Origin: Catajapyx aquilonaris
Lineage: Eukaryota
Reading direction: 5' to 3'
Length of the DNA: 41,372 bases
Assembly: GCA_000934665.2 (NCBI GenBank)
Contig: JYFJ02000875.1
Coordinates: forward strand, 62,001-103,372
Part shown: in pieces, positions 13,237-24,853 of the stretch
How the letters are laid out: every line of letters starts with the position of its first letter
Numbering within the stretch: position 1 is the first letter of the stretch
Program-made: the position numbers and the translations under genes
Notes under the pieces: generated by a model
The model's database searches: none
What the model saw: the letters and a program-made list of their open reading frames with translations, nothing else
Told to the model about the DNA's origin: nothing

Positions 13237-13745
13237 GGTCGCGGGTCCGCGGGTCGTTGCCACCAATTCACACGTCGACGTCGCCTAGGGACCTTCCCCG
13301 GGACACTAACCCTGAATCCGGAACCCGCGCCATTCCTGGGACAACTTACGGTCTTGATATGTACCAAATAAAAATTGGTGCCGGCGGGCTTTTGTGGCGG
13401 AGTTGACTCGGGCGAGAGTATCCACCGACGACGGCGACGACGACGTCGGCATCTGGAATGGATGCGCCCTCAACCCCCCCCCCCCCCCCCCNACACCGCT
13501 GAGCCCACACCGCTCCCGCACTGCTGCCACCCTGCGGCCAGAGACGGGAACTAGACAGTCGCACGCAGTTTTTTCTGGCTCACCCTATACTTAGTCTTGG
13601 GCATGTCACTACATGACCTAAGGTTCACTATTTGAAGGGGGGGGGGGAGGGGGGGGACCAAATGAGCCAATCAATGGGTATGACGAGGATGGTCGTTACT
13701 TTAACCGAACGTGTAGCTTATGCAAATTCGTATCGATTTTGTTCC
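13237..13745 (-). promoter_or_regulatory. Putative GC/CpG-rich 5' leader and core promoter of the minus-strand gene
   Basis: A locally GC- and CpG-rich stretch (13237-13570) lies directly upstream of the ATG. There is an initiator-like TCTAGTT on the minus strand near 13555. Further upstream are G-tracts (13637-13656), CCAAT (13667-13671), an octamer ATGCAAAT (13720-13727) and a DRE-like TATCGATT (13731-13738). The TSS position is an inference. Confidence 0.5.
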
Positions 13746-16700
13746 GGAGGGCGGAGAAAGCATGCCGGAAATTTTGGGAGTTGGCTTTTTATTTGATGTG
13801 GTGGGGAGGATACTGTACAAGTCGGAGGGAAATAGTATTTGGAAATGGTGCGGATATTGTTGGATATCAGGCTGGTGGATATATTTGGGGGGGCTGTTAA
13901 TTAGAGTAGAGTGTTGGTGAATTACTGGGGGAGGGAAACTGAAATTCATTATTAACTGGAAATCAATCTGTTTCAAATAATAATTGCGAGTTAAGTGGTG
14001 TTCACACCGGGTTTTACTTACTCATTGACATTGGATTCATTGTTACATGTCTACTCGCGCCATGTCATCATGTAAATAATTTAGCTTTTTCACAATAATT
14101 GTTTTATAAAGTGGTAGAGTACACTACCTCGATTAATATTTTGATCCAAGATTGAGCTATTGTTAGTTCCTTTAACAGTGCGTAACGGAGGATAATTATC
14201 ATATTAATAAACGCCTCGACCATGCACTCAAGCACAAACAATGTAATACCTATTAATTTACATGACTACAGAATGTAATTACAGCCCCCCCCCCCCGCGC
14301 TTTGAAGATTGAAAAGATTCTCGGAACAGAAGGGCCTCGTTCAGTGCATTCGAATATGGTTCAGTTAGCAATATCTGTTGGCATTTAGGGATGTTCCCCT
14401 ATTTCCTGTGATTTAATTAACACCATTATGAATACGATATGCATTTACACCTATTAGTCGACTACTGTCAATGAACTTCTTATTTGTGACATCGCATATA
14501 AGGGAGTGGAGACTCTCTATCTCTATACGTAACGCTGGTGTAAGAAGACTAGCGTGACGCAGTAGGACACCATTACCATTTCCTTCATCCTGTAACCCAT
14601 CCATGGCTTTCGACAGAACTAGATTGGGTAAAGTGCGCTGCTGCAAACGGCAAATAAAGGAAGGAAGGATGTATAAGAAAAATGGAAATGTGGCCCTGGC
14701 GCGGTTTTAAGGCGGAATGCATTTGCAAACGCGAATGCCAATCCAAACAAGTTCAATATTTCATGAGGAAAGCCTGGGAAAACGACGAAGCAATTGCTCC
14801 GAGTCGAGTTCGGAAGTGCGGACCTCATTTCGGTTGAGCGCTTTGGCTCAGGATAATGCGGTTGTCGACCAAAGAAAAGCGCCTCAACTCCCCCAGAACC
14901 TCCAACGACCTTTCTACCAAGAAAAAAAATATATAAAGAAACCGCAATCTCGCTTCCTTTCAATTCCGGCTTGCAACTGAGGAGATTTTCTGAACCCCCA
15001 CCACCACCTCAACTAGCTACCTGCCCTCACCTCGATAAGATTCGCTAAGTCATCGCCTAGTCCTTTGTTGATTTCACTGGTGCGGAATCGCTTTTCTCAA
15101 ATTAGTTACCAATAATCGTAGCACAAGGTACGGGGGTGTAATGTAGATGTGGCTTTTTAAGAAAAGAAAATTTGACTCCAATGGTTGGGATATTTCTCCG
15201 GAGGGGCTTTGGTAAAAGCCCATTGCTACGAAGACCGTCGATCAATTTCAATCCGGCCGAGTCGTGACATCAATCTTCCTTTTTGGTCTCCAGTCGTGCT
15301 TCAGTGCCCGGTATTTCTAATTGATTGATTGATTCTGCCGAATTGGGCGCCTCCGAAAATCAAAAGTTCCATTTACCCCCTTTTCCTGATGTACAGCACT
15401 AGGTTGCGGTGGCCCCCTGATAGACGAATTTACGCCACTTATATGCCAATCACGGCTCCAGATAATTATTGCCCACCTGCACAATCGCAAAAAAAAGCCC
15501 CCGAACTAAAATTGCGAAACTCCTAATCGGTACTATCTTATGTGCAATGATCGAAAAAAAGAAGGTATAAAAATCGGTATTTCTATCGCAATAAATCACA
15601 GGCAAAGTAGGATTCCGGGATCAGATTGTGATGGAAACTTGTTAGTCTTCCCAACAAAGTATCGGGTCTGATTCTTCTCTTCGCCCGCCACGCAAATTCC
15701 AGTTGCTTGAGACGAAGTATCGATTGAATTAGATTTCATTTATTCCAGCCCCCGCCTCAGGCAATTCCTGTCCAGGTGGGTCTTAGAGGGATCTTGGTTG
15801 CAGGATATATGGCAGCCTTCCCCATGGAAAGGCTATTCATTTTATTAGAGGAGGAATAGTAATTAAGGAAGTGGACTGGAACATATTGGAAGGTCTCAAA
15901 TTGGAACCAGAATATTGTTTTCATGAGATATAAATGGACCTTTACTACAGTATTTCTTCCACTCTGTCGGGATGCAATAAGTTGAGTTTCAAGTTACCAG
16001 ATGGTTGGACATATTTATTTTGACATCAGAAAGTCAGAATTACTGTAATTTATTGAGAAGTTGACCGTTTTGGGTTCGGCTTCATTTGAATATCCCTGCC
16101 CTAGTTCTTATCTGCCCTGCAAAAAGGCAGGTCCTTGGCAATTGGTTTGTGTTTACTTTTTCCTGATAGGTTGAGCACACGAAACTGTCACTTTTGCAGA
16201 ATGCAAGGTGCAATTTACTTGCCATCGCGCAGTATAGGCGTAGCGGTTTAGATCTAATCCCCTGACGCGTGATTATAACCTCCTAGTTACGTGTTGACAC
16301 TTTAGCTCGATTAGCACTAACAGATCATGGTTCTTTTTTGGATTCTTACTATAGAGTAGGCCCCAACATTGACATTCCATTGAAAAATACACGCACTGCA
16401 TACATTCTTGTATTCCTCTACCCTGTGCTAATGACGTCCTGCACGCGATTGATTAAGAAGATGACTTCATATGAGCCCTTGTACATCGTGCCGATAAGTG
16501 GTGCGTATCAGTAGCCTAGTTTTCCAAAGTGCAGCCCACTGAGAACATAACGTGTAGGGAGGGGTAGGAAAGGGGGGGGGTGGGATGAATCCCAAATTTG
16601 ATGGGCGTCCATTTTCAGTGCCCGCCTGGACGTTCCCAATTAAGGTGAGTGCGCGGGATGGGATATAGGCAAACATGGCGTCATGCAGAGGGGTGAGGGG

Positions 16701-19700
16701 GAGCGTTGCCAGACGCGGCAAGCTGTCCGAGGCCATCGTCACATCGGAGGGAGGGAGGGCTTCCTGAGGGATAAGGCCCTCTTGCATCTGGCCACCAATG
16801 CCCAGGGTAATTGCCATCTAACGAGGCACGTCGAGGAGAGAGAGCCTCGCGCACCGATTTCCCTGGAGAAGCGAGAAAACGTGATTTGTTTGCGCTTGTA
16901 AAGCGGCGTGGAGGCTCCGGAAAGAGGTGGGTGGGGTACAGGGCACAAGGGGGGAATGTGGGTTAGATCGCCTTTGGTGGGGTAGTGGGGGGCCTAAGGC
17001 AGCTAAATCAAATTTGCTGCCCCTGCAGCATGCGGCCACCTTCAGAGGTGCGGACACCTCGCTATGGCCTTTCAGGAGGCCATGCTTATTTTACTTTAAT
17101 TAAAGTCTAGTTATGTTGTAATGTTGCTGAGAGGTCCTGGAAACATGGCTCTAGATAAATTTTATGAGTCATTGATGCCTATTATTCAGTTGATGATCAG
17201 ACACTGTTTGCTGCCCGCTGGTACAGTACACTACCGGTACTTATACATTGCAGGAGTTGTTTGCACGTTTTTAGCTTCAAGGAGTACGGTGAAGAACTGT
17301 ATAGCAAATACCCACAGTGCTCCTTCGTGCACCTCAAACCGATAAAAAAAGTACGAATCGGCAAACTATGATTCTTTAAATGCGAATCCACATTACTTGC
17401 ATAACCTTCACCCAATTGTTTCAGAAAAATGAACTGAGTCGTACAGTGGTTATGCATATGTGTTAATCATGTATGTATCTGATATTTTATTAATTATTAT
17501 TACTTGGAGTATGAACTACTTTAATAATAATTGTTGGTAAATGAGTCATGGCGTGCTGAATTTCTAGAACCTCACCCTCGCACACACTGTTGGGATGAGG
17601 ACTTTTTGCAGTCAAGTGAGCAAAAAGCCCAAAATTTGGACACGTTTTGGACCTCCGCCGAATTCCTGGCCTGCTGCCCAATAATTTAAAAAGCAAGCGG
17701 CAATAATCTCCAACAATGTTGGCCAGCCATCACCACCTGCGCTCTGACGCATGGCAAGAAGCTGGAAGGCGTAATTTCATTTTAAGGCTCTTCGAAATGC
17801 CAGCGCCAAGGAACGTAACTTTCAATATTCCACTCGGACATAAATAATTAGTAGAAGAAACGGCATGAGCAGTAAACAGCAAGGTAACCTGTATCTCTTC
17901 CTTATGGCCAGCCTCTTGCTTTATTATTGCTTTATGCGACCCAGACGCAGTCATTTCCTCTGCGCGTTAAAGTGCAATGTGGAGGGCCATTTGCAGTGTG
18001 AAAGAGTGAAGCGTCTCATTCTTAAAAACACGTGCTAGGATAATTAACCGTGAAATGTGCGCGTCTTCCTCCCAGGAAGCCAGTAATGACAGGCTGGTAC
18101 TCGAGGAGCTCCTGTAATATGGAGGCTTTATTGCCCCCAATTTTGGCCAGACTGAGCTAAAAAGAATGTGGAATGGAGCATGGCTCCTGTGTATGGTATC
18201 GTCACTCCCAAAATCACTGAAATCTTTAGGTCCACAGAGTGGGCCAACTGTTGGAAGGTGTCCCTTTGTTGTGAATCATAATCATCGGATGCAAATATTT
18301 CAAGGAACCGAAACATGACCAAAAATAATTTTGCAAAAGCTATTTGCAAAAAAATGCCTCCCTGAAAGCACTTTACGTTCATGGAAGCTTTCCAGAAAAT
18401 CCACTACGTATTGTAGTACATAAATTACTCTGAGCGGTTATTTGGGTGCAATTGAACAGCATCTCAGTAAATGCTTAGCAAAATTTAGCTGGTAAATTCT
18501 TGGCAAAGAGTAGGAGGAAAGTGGATGCGGCTCGTACAATGTCATATAGCCTTAAATGCAGCCATTATTTAGGGCTCAAAAGGCTCTGAACAAATTAATC
18601 CTAAAGGACTACCGACACCGCTAATTACGACGTACAGTAACACCACCGAACTGATATTTTTAGACCCTATATGGTATAGCCTTATCAAGACATTACGTTG
18701 TAATAATGAGGTAAAGTGATTATGGAGAGAAATGTGTAAGAGGAAAATGATGACAGCGAAAGCGGATGACACTGTCGCGTCAGTTGTGCAAATTTTATAT
18801 GTGGAAATGTGCAGCTGCTGATACTCCGCTCAGTGCAGGAATGGTATATATTTTATCAGATTTCAGTTTAGTGGACAGGCAAACGGAACTGGAAAATCTT
18901 TCACGTTTCCAAACGGAAAGTAGATATATATAGAGAAGCGGCCTACACGCTGTTTTTCGATTTTCTCCGTCTTTCTTACGTACCCTTTTTCCCCCTCCTT
19001 TTCCTCTTGTTTTTTTTCTTTTCCTCCTACAGATCTTCGAGCTCTTTTCGTAGCGGGAGACGATTCTTTGGCTTCCTTTGTAATCCTCTTTTTACCCTCA
19101 GTCCGCACTCTTTTGTAGTTCGAAACGCCCCTATAGTTATTCGACTTTTGAACACTTCCGGATTTGATTTGGTGTAGGTGGATAAGCAGACGCAAACACG
19201 AGGCCCCAAAATGGAAATGGAAGACCCAGAGTACTGTGTCTGCGGAGAGTTTCCTGTACATGTAAATATTTAAAAGCCTTCTTAGGTGGGCTCTACATTT
19301 GCGGCCTACACCATATTGTGTTAGAAGCCTCATAATGAGCTTACTTGCCTCAATTTTGCACTTAATGAAGTGCCCAAAGATAGCTGGTGCCGCGGCAAAT
19401 TGAATCAAGGCGGACATTAACTTTGCTAAAATTATGCGCTGTGAGGCTTGTACTCCGCTATGCTTATGAGATTCGGTCGAGACGACGCTGTTTTGTTGCA
19501 ATTTACTATGTTCCGGTTGGTGGAAAAATGGTGCAAGCTTAATGCAATTAGTGATCGTTATAATGAGGTGTATCATTTCTCTTTGGCACATATACACGAT
19601 GTAGTCTTGTAAACCTAGAGGTTGAAGACCTGAAAATGGCTAATTAGATAGAGAGTGTGTTCTATGCATTCTGGCCGCAGGTTTTAATTTTCCTGGCTGG

Positions 19701-20926
19701 CACTTAACGAGCTTCACATCACTGGCCCTAATTGTGTCCGTCCATACAGTACTTCATTTTAGATGCAAACCAACGTCCACAGAGAGTACTGTACTAAACA
19801 TTATGTCAGTGGCGTTCAGCGCCACGTTTGTTTTGAATCTGACTGTGGGAATTTGTCCAAGTTGAAGCGTAATATAATTCGAATATGGATAATTCAACTG
19901 CTCTATTCACCCTATTCTGACTGGTTTTAGGGCTTGAAGCGTTAGTTTCGGTTGCTTGTGTTTCTATTGTTCTCACTCCTGCTATTGAAGGGTTTCTGAG
20001 AAGTTATTCGCGCGACACTGCGTAGTAATGTCATCTATGCTCTCCCACAGCAGGTGGGAGGATTCTCATTGTCTGGAATTAAAATCGTGTTGCTGTAGAA
20101 AATACGAACGTGCGTGTGTGTCTGTGTTTGAAGAAGAGGGTTTTGGAAGACGTGACGGTTTTGTCCTGACGTGATGGAGGAAGAAAATACAGGGCTCTCC
20201 TTTGCCCATCTATAGAGGGGAAACGGGGAGAGTTGATGGATTATTTACCCTTGGTGATGGAAACAGAGTCGGCAGTATGCGAAAAGGTAGAGAGAGATCT
20301 AAACCTTGATCCAAGTCTGGATTGGAGTTTGCCCACTTGAGCACACCCACACCATGTGTATGAAAATTACACATGGCCTATAATGTAGCGGTTGACGTGG
20401 TTTAGTAAATATTAGAAGTCAAGTAAACTTCATTGGATAACCCCATCATTCCTGTGTTATCAATTTGATTGACGGCAAAGAAGCCAGCGAGGACTAATTT
20501 GATTAACGCTGTGGAAGTGATTATTAAAGTTTGAAGAGGTATTAAACTGTCAAGTTTTCTCTTACATCATATTCGTTGCTTTATTTGACGGAGCTTTAAG
20601 AACCAGTCTTAACTCAGGCTTGTACAGTACAGTAGCTCATGTCGTGGGGCATACAAGAGAGAAATGCTAAGGCCAACATTTGTGATTTTGACTGATATGT
20701 AGCAGATTCATAATGAGCCATCAATCCATGATTTTTTTTAAGAAGCCAAAGCAACTATGGCTATCTGGCTATAGAATACGCAAGGGTGGGACAGATGGAG
20801 AGAAACGAAGATGAAAAAGATGTCTGTCTACTACCGCAAACTTGGGTGGCCCTACCGCCGGCATAGCTCTTGGGGTCATGGGAGAAACGCAAACCCCCAC
20901 CACCACAATAAGGTGAAGATACCATC

Positions 20927-20955
20927 GGGGGGGGGGGGGGGGGGGNGGGGGGGGG
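20927..20955. repeat. Long G homopolymer with an ambiguous base
   Basis: G19-N-G9. Similar N-associated tracts occur at 13474-13492 and 28632-28650, so their true lengths are uncertain. Confidence 0.8.
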
Positions 20956-21304
20956 TAGGATTTTCTTTCTTCCCTAGCATGTACTGTAAACAAGTTAGTG
21001 CTAATTTTTGCTTTGGATTATTTCGTACTGATTTCTCGAGTAGGATAAACCTACGATACCCATTCCCTTCTCCCTGCTGGAGAAGTCTCCCATTATAGAA
21101 AAGCACTTAACTAACTTCAACTAGACCCTAGCCCTAGTGCATTTTGATGCCAAGAAACGCGAATGTCCACAACCAGTTGAATGCGGGCTGTCATCAAGGG
21201 ATAATCTCCCGCGAATAAGTGCACAGTGGCCCGTTATGCGAGTCGATCCGTCAAGTAAGTTGGGCAATTAGGTTCCTTTCCAACATCAAGGCTTAATTAC
21301 TTGC

Positions 21305-21371
21305 AGAAGCAGCAGCAGCACTTAATTCGAGGCAGAACTTAGCTTGTCCGCCCTAGAAGCAGCAGCAGCAC
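21305..21371. repeat. 17-bp direct repeat AGAAGCAGCAGCAGCAC, two copies 50 bp apart
   Basis: Identical copies at 21305-21321 and 21355-21371. Confidence 0.7.
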
Positions 21372-22368
21372 AAAGTGATCAAGTAGAGGAGAGAAAAATG
21401 CCACTTCTATCCCACTTTGATTGCCTAGATTAGGTGCGGCTTATGAAATTGAAGGAGATGCTTACCTCCTCCCTTTCTGGTGTATGTCTAGTCAACTTTG
21501 GCAGGGCTGCCAGCTTCCAATTATAGGAATTAATGAGCTCGGCGCTAATTTAGACGACTTGGTACAAATCTTATTTAGTCAGATGTGCGCTATGTCAAAT
21601 GTGCCGGCTTTATTGGAGCTAACTTCAAGGCTGTGGGCGTTTCTCAGTTAGTGGTCAAAAAATAGTGAACGTGATTGGTTGAACATAGTAAGCAATATGG
21701 TGGATTGACTTGTGAAGTAATAAATAGATCATGTATAGATTGTAACTACAAAAGTTATTTATGCAAACAGTTCGAGTTTAATTTCAGTGATTTTTACTAT
21801 TTAAAATTCATATTTTGAAAAGTTCCAAAACATTCGTTACAGCCAATAACAACTTTGATTCGCCCCTGAGATTACAAACCATCTGCCAAAATGTAAAACT
21901 TCGACTGATTCTAAGAATCATCCAACTAGTACCTTACTGCACCGTGTATCTGCAAGTTTACCGCATGTAATGAAAAAAGAGCCAACTTTGACTCAACTTT
22001 AAATAATGCAGTTCTCGCTGATTGCCAAGACGATGTGAGGAGGGAAAAAAAGTTGTGCTAATTTTTCAAGCACTTTGCTGCGCAATCAGTAGGTGGGGGG
22101 TGCAAGACGCTTTAAATAATTTTGCGGGTGGCAGTGTTAATTAGTAGCGTTCCGCCTTGCCAGTTCTTTGGGTTGGCGAATGGCATGCAATTTATTTGCT
22201 TGTAAGTCGCACCAGGGCAGCGTCAGAGAGAAATTGTGACTTTCGGTAGCGGCTGCTAAGGATTATGCGCCAATCACTGCCTCATTCTGCACAGCTCAAA
22301 AACCTCGGCTTGAAATATGTCACGGAAATATGCTAGATGGCATGTGTGCTAAATGTCACGTAATGTTT

Positions 22369-22438
22369 TATACAACCGTCAGTACTTTAACAAAGTGACA
22401 GTTTTATTTACCCTTTCTCGAGTGCTGACGGTTGCATA
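22369..22438. repeat. Short inverted repeat, possible TA-flanked micro-MITE
   Basis: TATACAACCGTCAGTACT and AGTGCTGACGGTTGCATA are complementary at 16/18, with a 34-bp spacer and TA at both outer ends. Confidence 0.5.
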
Positions 22439-23353
22439 GCGTCATCAATATTGTCCAAAGGAACCGTTCTTGGATTGATATTGCAGTGCATAAGTGTATA
22501 ATAAAGTTGAACAATTCAAATCAAATCCAAATTTATCAGTTTGGAATCTAACAAGTAGGCCTAAGGAAACAAAAACTGAGTCAATAATGATCTTGAGAAA
22601 CATCATTTTTTGAGATTTGTAGTCGAGTTAATTCCCTGCAAAAAAGGATCCCAGTTCTTCTCCAGTATTGCCTCTACCAAATGTTCTCTCAATTAGTCCA
22701 CTTTCGGATAATGAATGTGTTGCTACCTCTACCGCGGACATCCTGCAATGTGGGTTAACCCGTCACAGCAGAACGCGGCCACCATTATGGTCCCCCAACA
22801 GTTGACAATCAAATGCATCCTGAACAGGCAACAGTACCAAATGTGCGTCAATACTGAAGGGGCTCTCAGTAGACGAGTTTGTGGACCAGGGTGCGGGGGA
22901 TGGGGGGTACAGGGAGCTTCATTGGGTTCTAAATTTGTGTGCCATTTGTTATCGGGAACCCATAGCTGCGGTCTGTGTGAGTGACAGGTTCAGACTCCGG
23001 GCTCTCATTTTGACGTCCCATTGGAATCGGGTGTGAAATAATTTGTCAAATGATGGCATGATTTGTCGCACTCGGCTTGCGCAGTAGGGAAGTCGCGTCG
23101 TGCAGGGAATAGATAGGGGCCAGACACGTTTTTTTGCCAAGAGGGGACTAGCAGCAGCCACCTATCTGTGGGACGATACAAATGTACCAGACCCCATTTT
23201 GGATCTAGATTCTGGTCAGGCCTCTTGGAACGGAATAGCCCGCGGGTAGGTTCATCATCCTGGTTCTATGCAACCATTGAGCCTCTTTTGTGTAACTGGT
23301 CGTATCATACAGGATAATTCCTGAGTTAAGTAACTAACAGATACAGAGAAGTT

Positions 23354-23718
23354 CAGCCCCCCGTCACTCGCCCTCTTTTCGCGTGAGCTTACCTGATCTC
23401 CCCCACCGAGTTGGCCATGGCTAGAGTTAAGTGCCACTACAGGTGGCGCCCTACCTAGCGGGGAAATTCTGCACCATTAGGGTCGACTCCGATTGGCTGG
23501 CCTCCTTGGGCCACAACATGGCTCTCCACAGGAGACCTTTCAGACTCCAGCCAATCGGAGTCGACCATAGTGGTTCAGAATTTCTCCGCCAGGTAAGGCG
23601 CCAACTGTACTGGCACTTGACTCTAGCGCCGAACGTGGCCAACCCCCCTCGGTAGGGGAGATTAGCTAAGCTCACGGGGGTAGCAATGTACTGGTATATA
23701 GGGAGTGACTGGGGGCTG
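23354..23718. mobile_element. Long palindromic (foldback) MITE, hAT-like (365 bp)
   Basis: Arms of about 140-170 bp are imperfect inverted copies. Examples: GGTCGACTCCGATTGGCTGG / CCAGCCAATCGGAGTCGACC and GCTAGAGTTAAGTGCCACTACAGGTGGCGCC / GGCGCCAACTGTACTGGCACTTGACTCTAGC. Termini are CAGCCCCC / GGGGGCTG. The flanking 8-mers GAGAAGTT / GACATGTT match at 6/8, consistent with a decayed 8-bp TSD. Confidence 0.85.
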
Positions 23719-24079
23719 GACATGTTGGTGGCTCGACCATCTCATAATTTGATATAAAAAATCATGTGCGTACACACACACACACGAGATATTGCCAAAA
23801 TTAAAATTTGAGCCCCCAGGTGAAAATCCCACGAAGAAATGGCAACGTATTTCGGCAACAATGGAGCCGGAAGGACAATTCGTTCCAGGTGGAGTTATTG
23901 TTGTACCCCACGTTCATATACAGTATATCAAATGAACCGGCGCTGCGCGTCAGATTAGGAACATTTTGGTGGCAACAGTTTTAATCTAACGCGTAAAATA
24001 ATAATGCTAAAAAATTCGCATTTTTGTGCAAAACGGGCATATTTAATATGGTCCAATGTCATTGTTAAATACGCGCTAA

Positions 24080-24204
24080 GGGCCGGTTTCACCGAGCTCA
24101 GTATATGATAAAACCACGGTATTTCTCAAAATCCCTATCTATTTGTATGGATTTTCCTAAAGAAACCTGGTTTTATCATATACCAAGCTCGGTGAAACCT
24201 GCCC
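24080..24204. mobile_element. PIF/Harbinger-type MITE (125 bp)
   Basis: Perfect TAA TSD (24077-24079 and 24205-24207). The 37-bp TIRs are GGGCCGGTTTCACCGAGCTCAGTATATGATAAAACCA / TGGTTTTATCATATACCAAGCTCGGTGAAACCTGCCC, with 3 mismatches. Confidence 0.9.
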
Positions 24205-24249
24205 TAAGAGTGCGAAATTAATATGGTGAGTACATGGTAATCTGATAAT

Positions 24250-24853
24250 TACTACTGCAGAATGACCACATGAAAAGTCAAGCAGTCTTGGAGATAATAA
24301 ATCCTGAAATGTAAGTTTTCCCCTCATTTGGTCATCTTTTGGGTAATTTTTCTCAATGTGGGGCTTGGTCGCTCTTTAAGTTACATCATTATGAACAAGA
24401 AGTATTTTGTCATGCATAACCTAGCGGTATAAGAACTGTTCACTGAACCTGAACGGTTCACCCGCAGCAAATTTTTCAATACAGCCCCAAATAACGCAGA
24501 GTACTGTACATTGGGATTTCTCGGGATTTCCAATGCACCTGACATGCCTGTCTTAGGGAATCCCCGCAACATGAACATGATCATTTGGTCATTACTGCTG
24601 TTGAAGGACAACACAGGTCAAGCAGTCTTGGAAATGATATATCCTGATATGTCCATTTTCACCTAATGGTCATCTTTGGAGTAATTTTTACCAATGTGGG
24701 TCTTGGTCGATTTTAAAGTTACATACGTATGTTAAAAGAAGCGTCCTTTCATGATTTACCCTGAACTCTAAGAATGATTCACTTACCCTGAGGGGTTCAC
24801 TCGCAGCATATTAAATAACGCGGAGTAGCATATAAGGGGATTTTCCGTGGAAT
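24250..24853. repeat. Diverged tandem duplication, period about 340 bp
   Basis: GTCAAGCAGTCTTGGA occurs at 24277 and 24617. Each copy is followed by collinear shared blocks: ATCCTGA, TGGTCATCTTT, GTAATTTTT, CAATGTGGG-CTTGGTCG, AAGTTACAT, GGTTCAC-CGCAGCA and AAATAACGC-GAGTA. Confidence 0.85.

Noticed and set aside
18863..19597. Longest ORF (244 aa, minus) as a gene
   Set aside because: It has a non-ATG start and no recognisable domain, and its K/E-rich end is simply the reverse complement of a pyrimidine tract.
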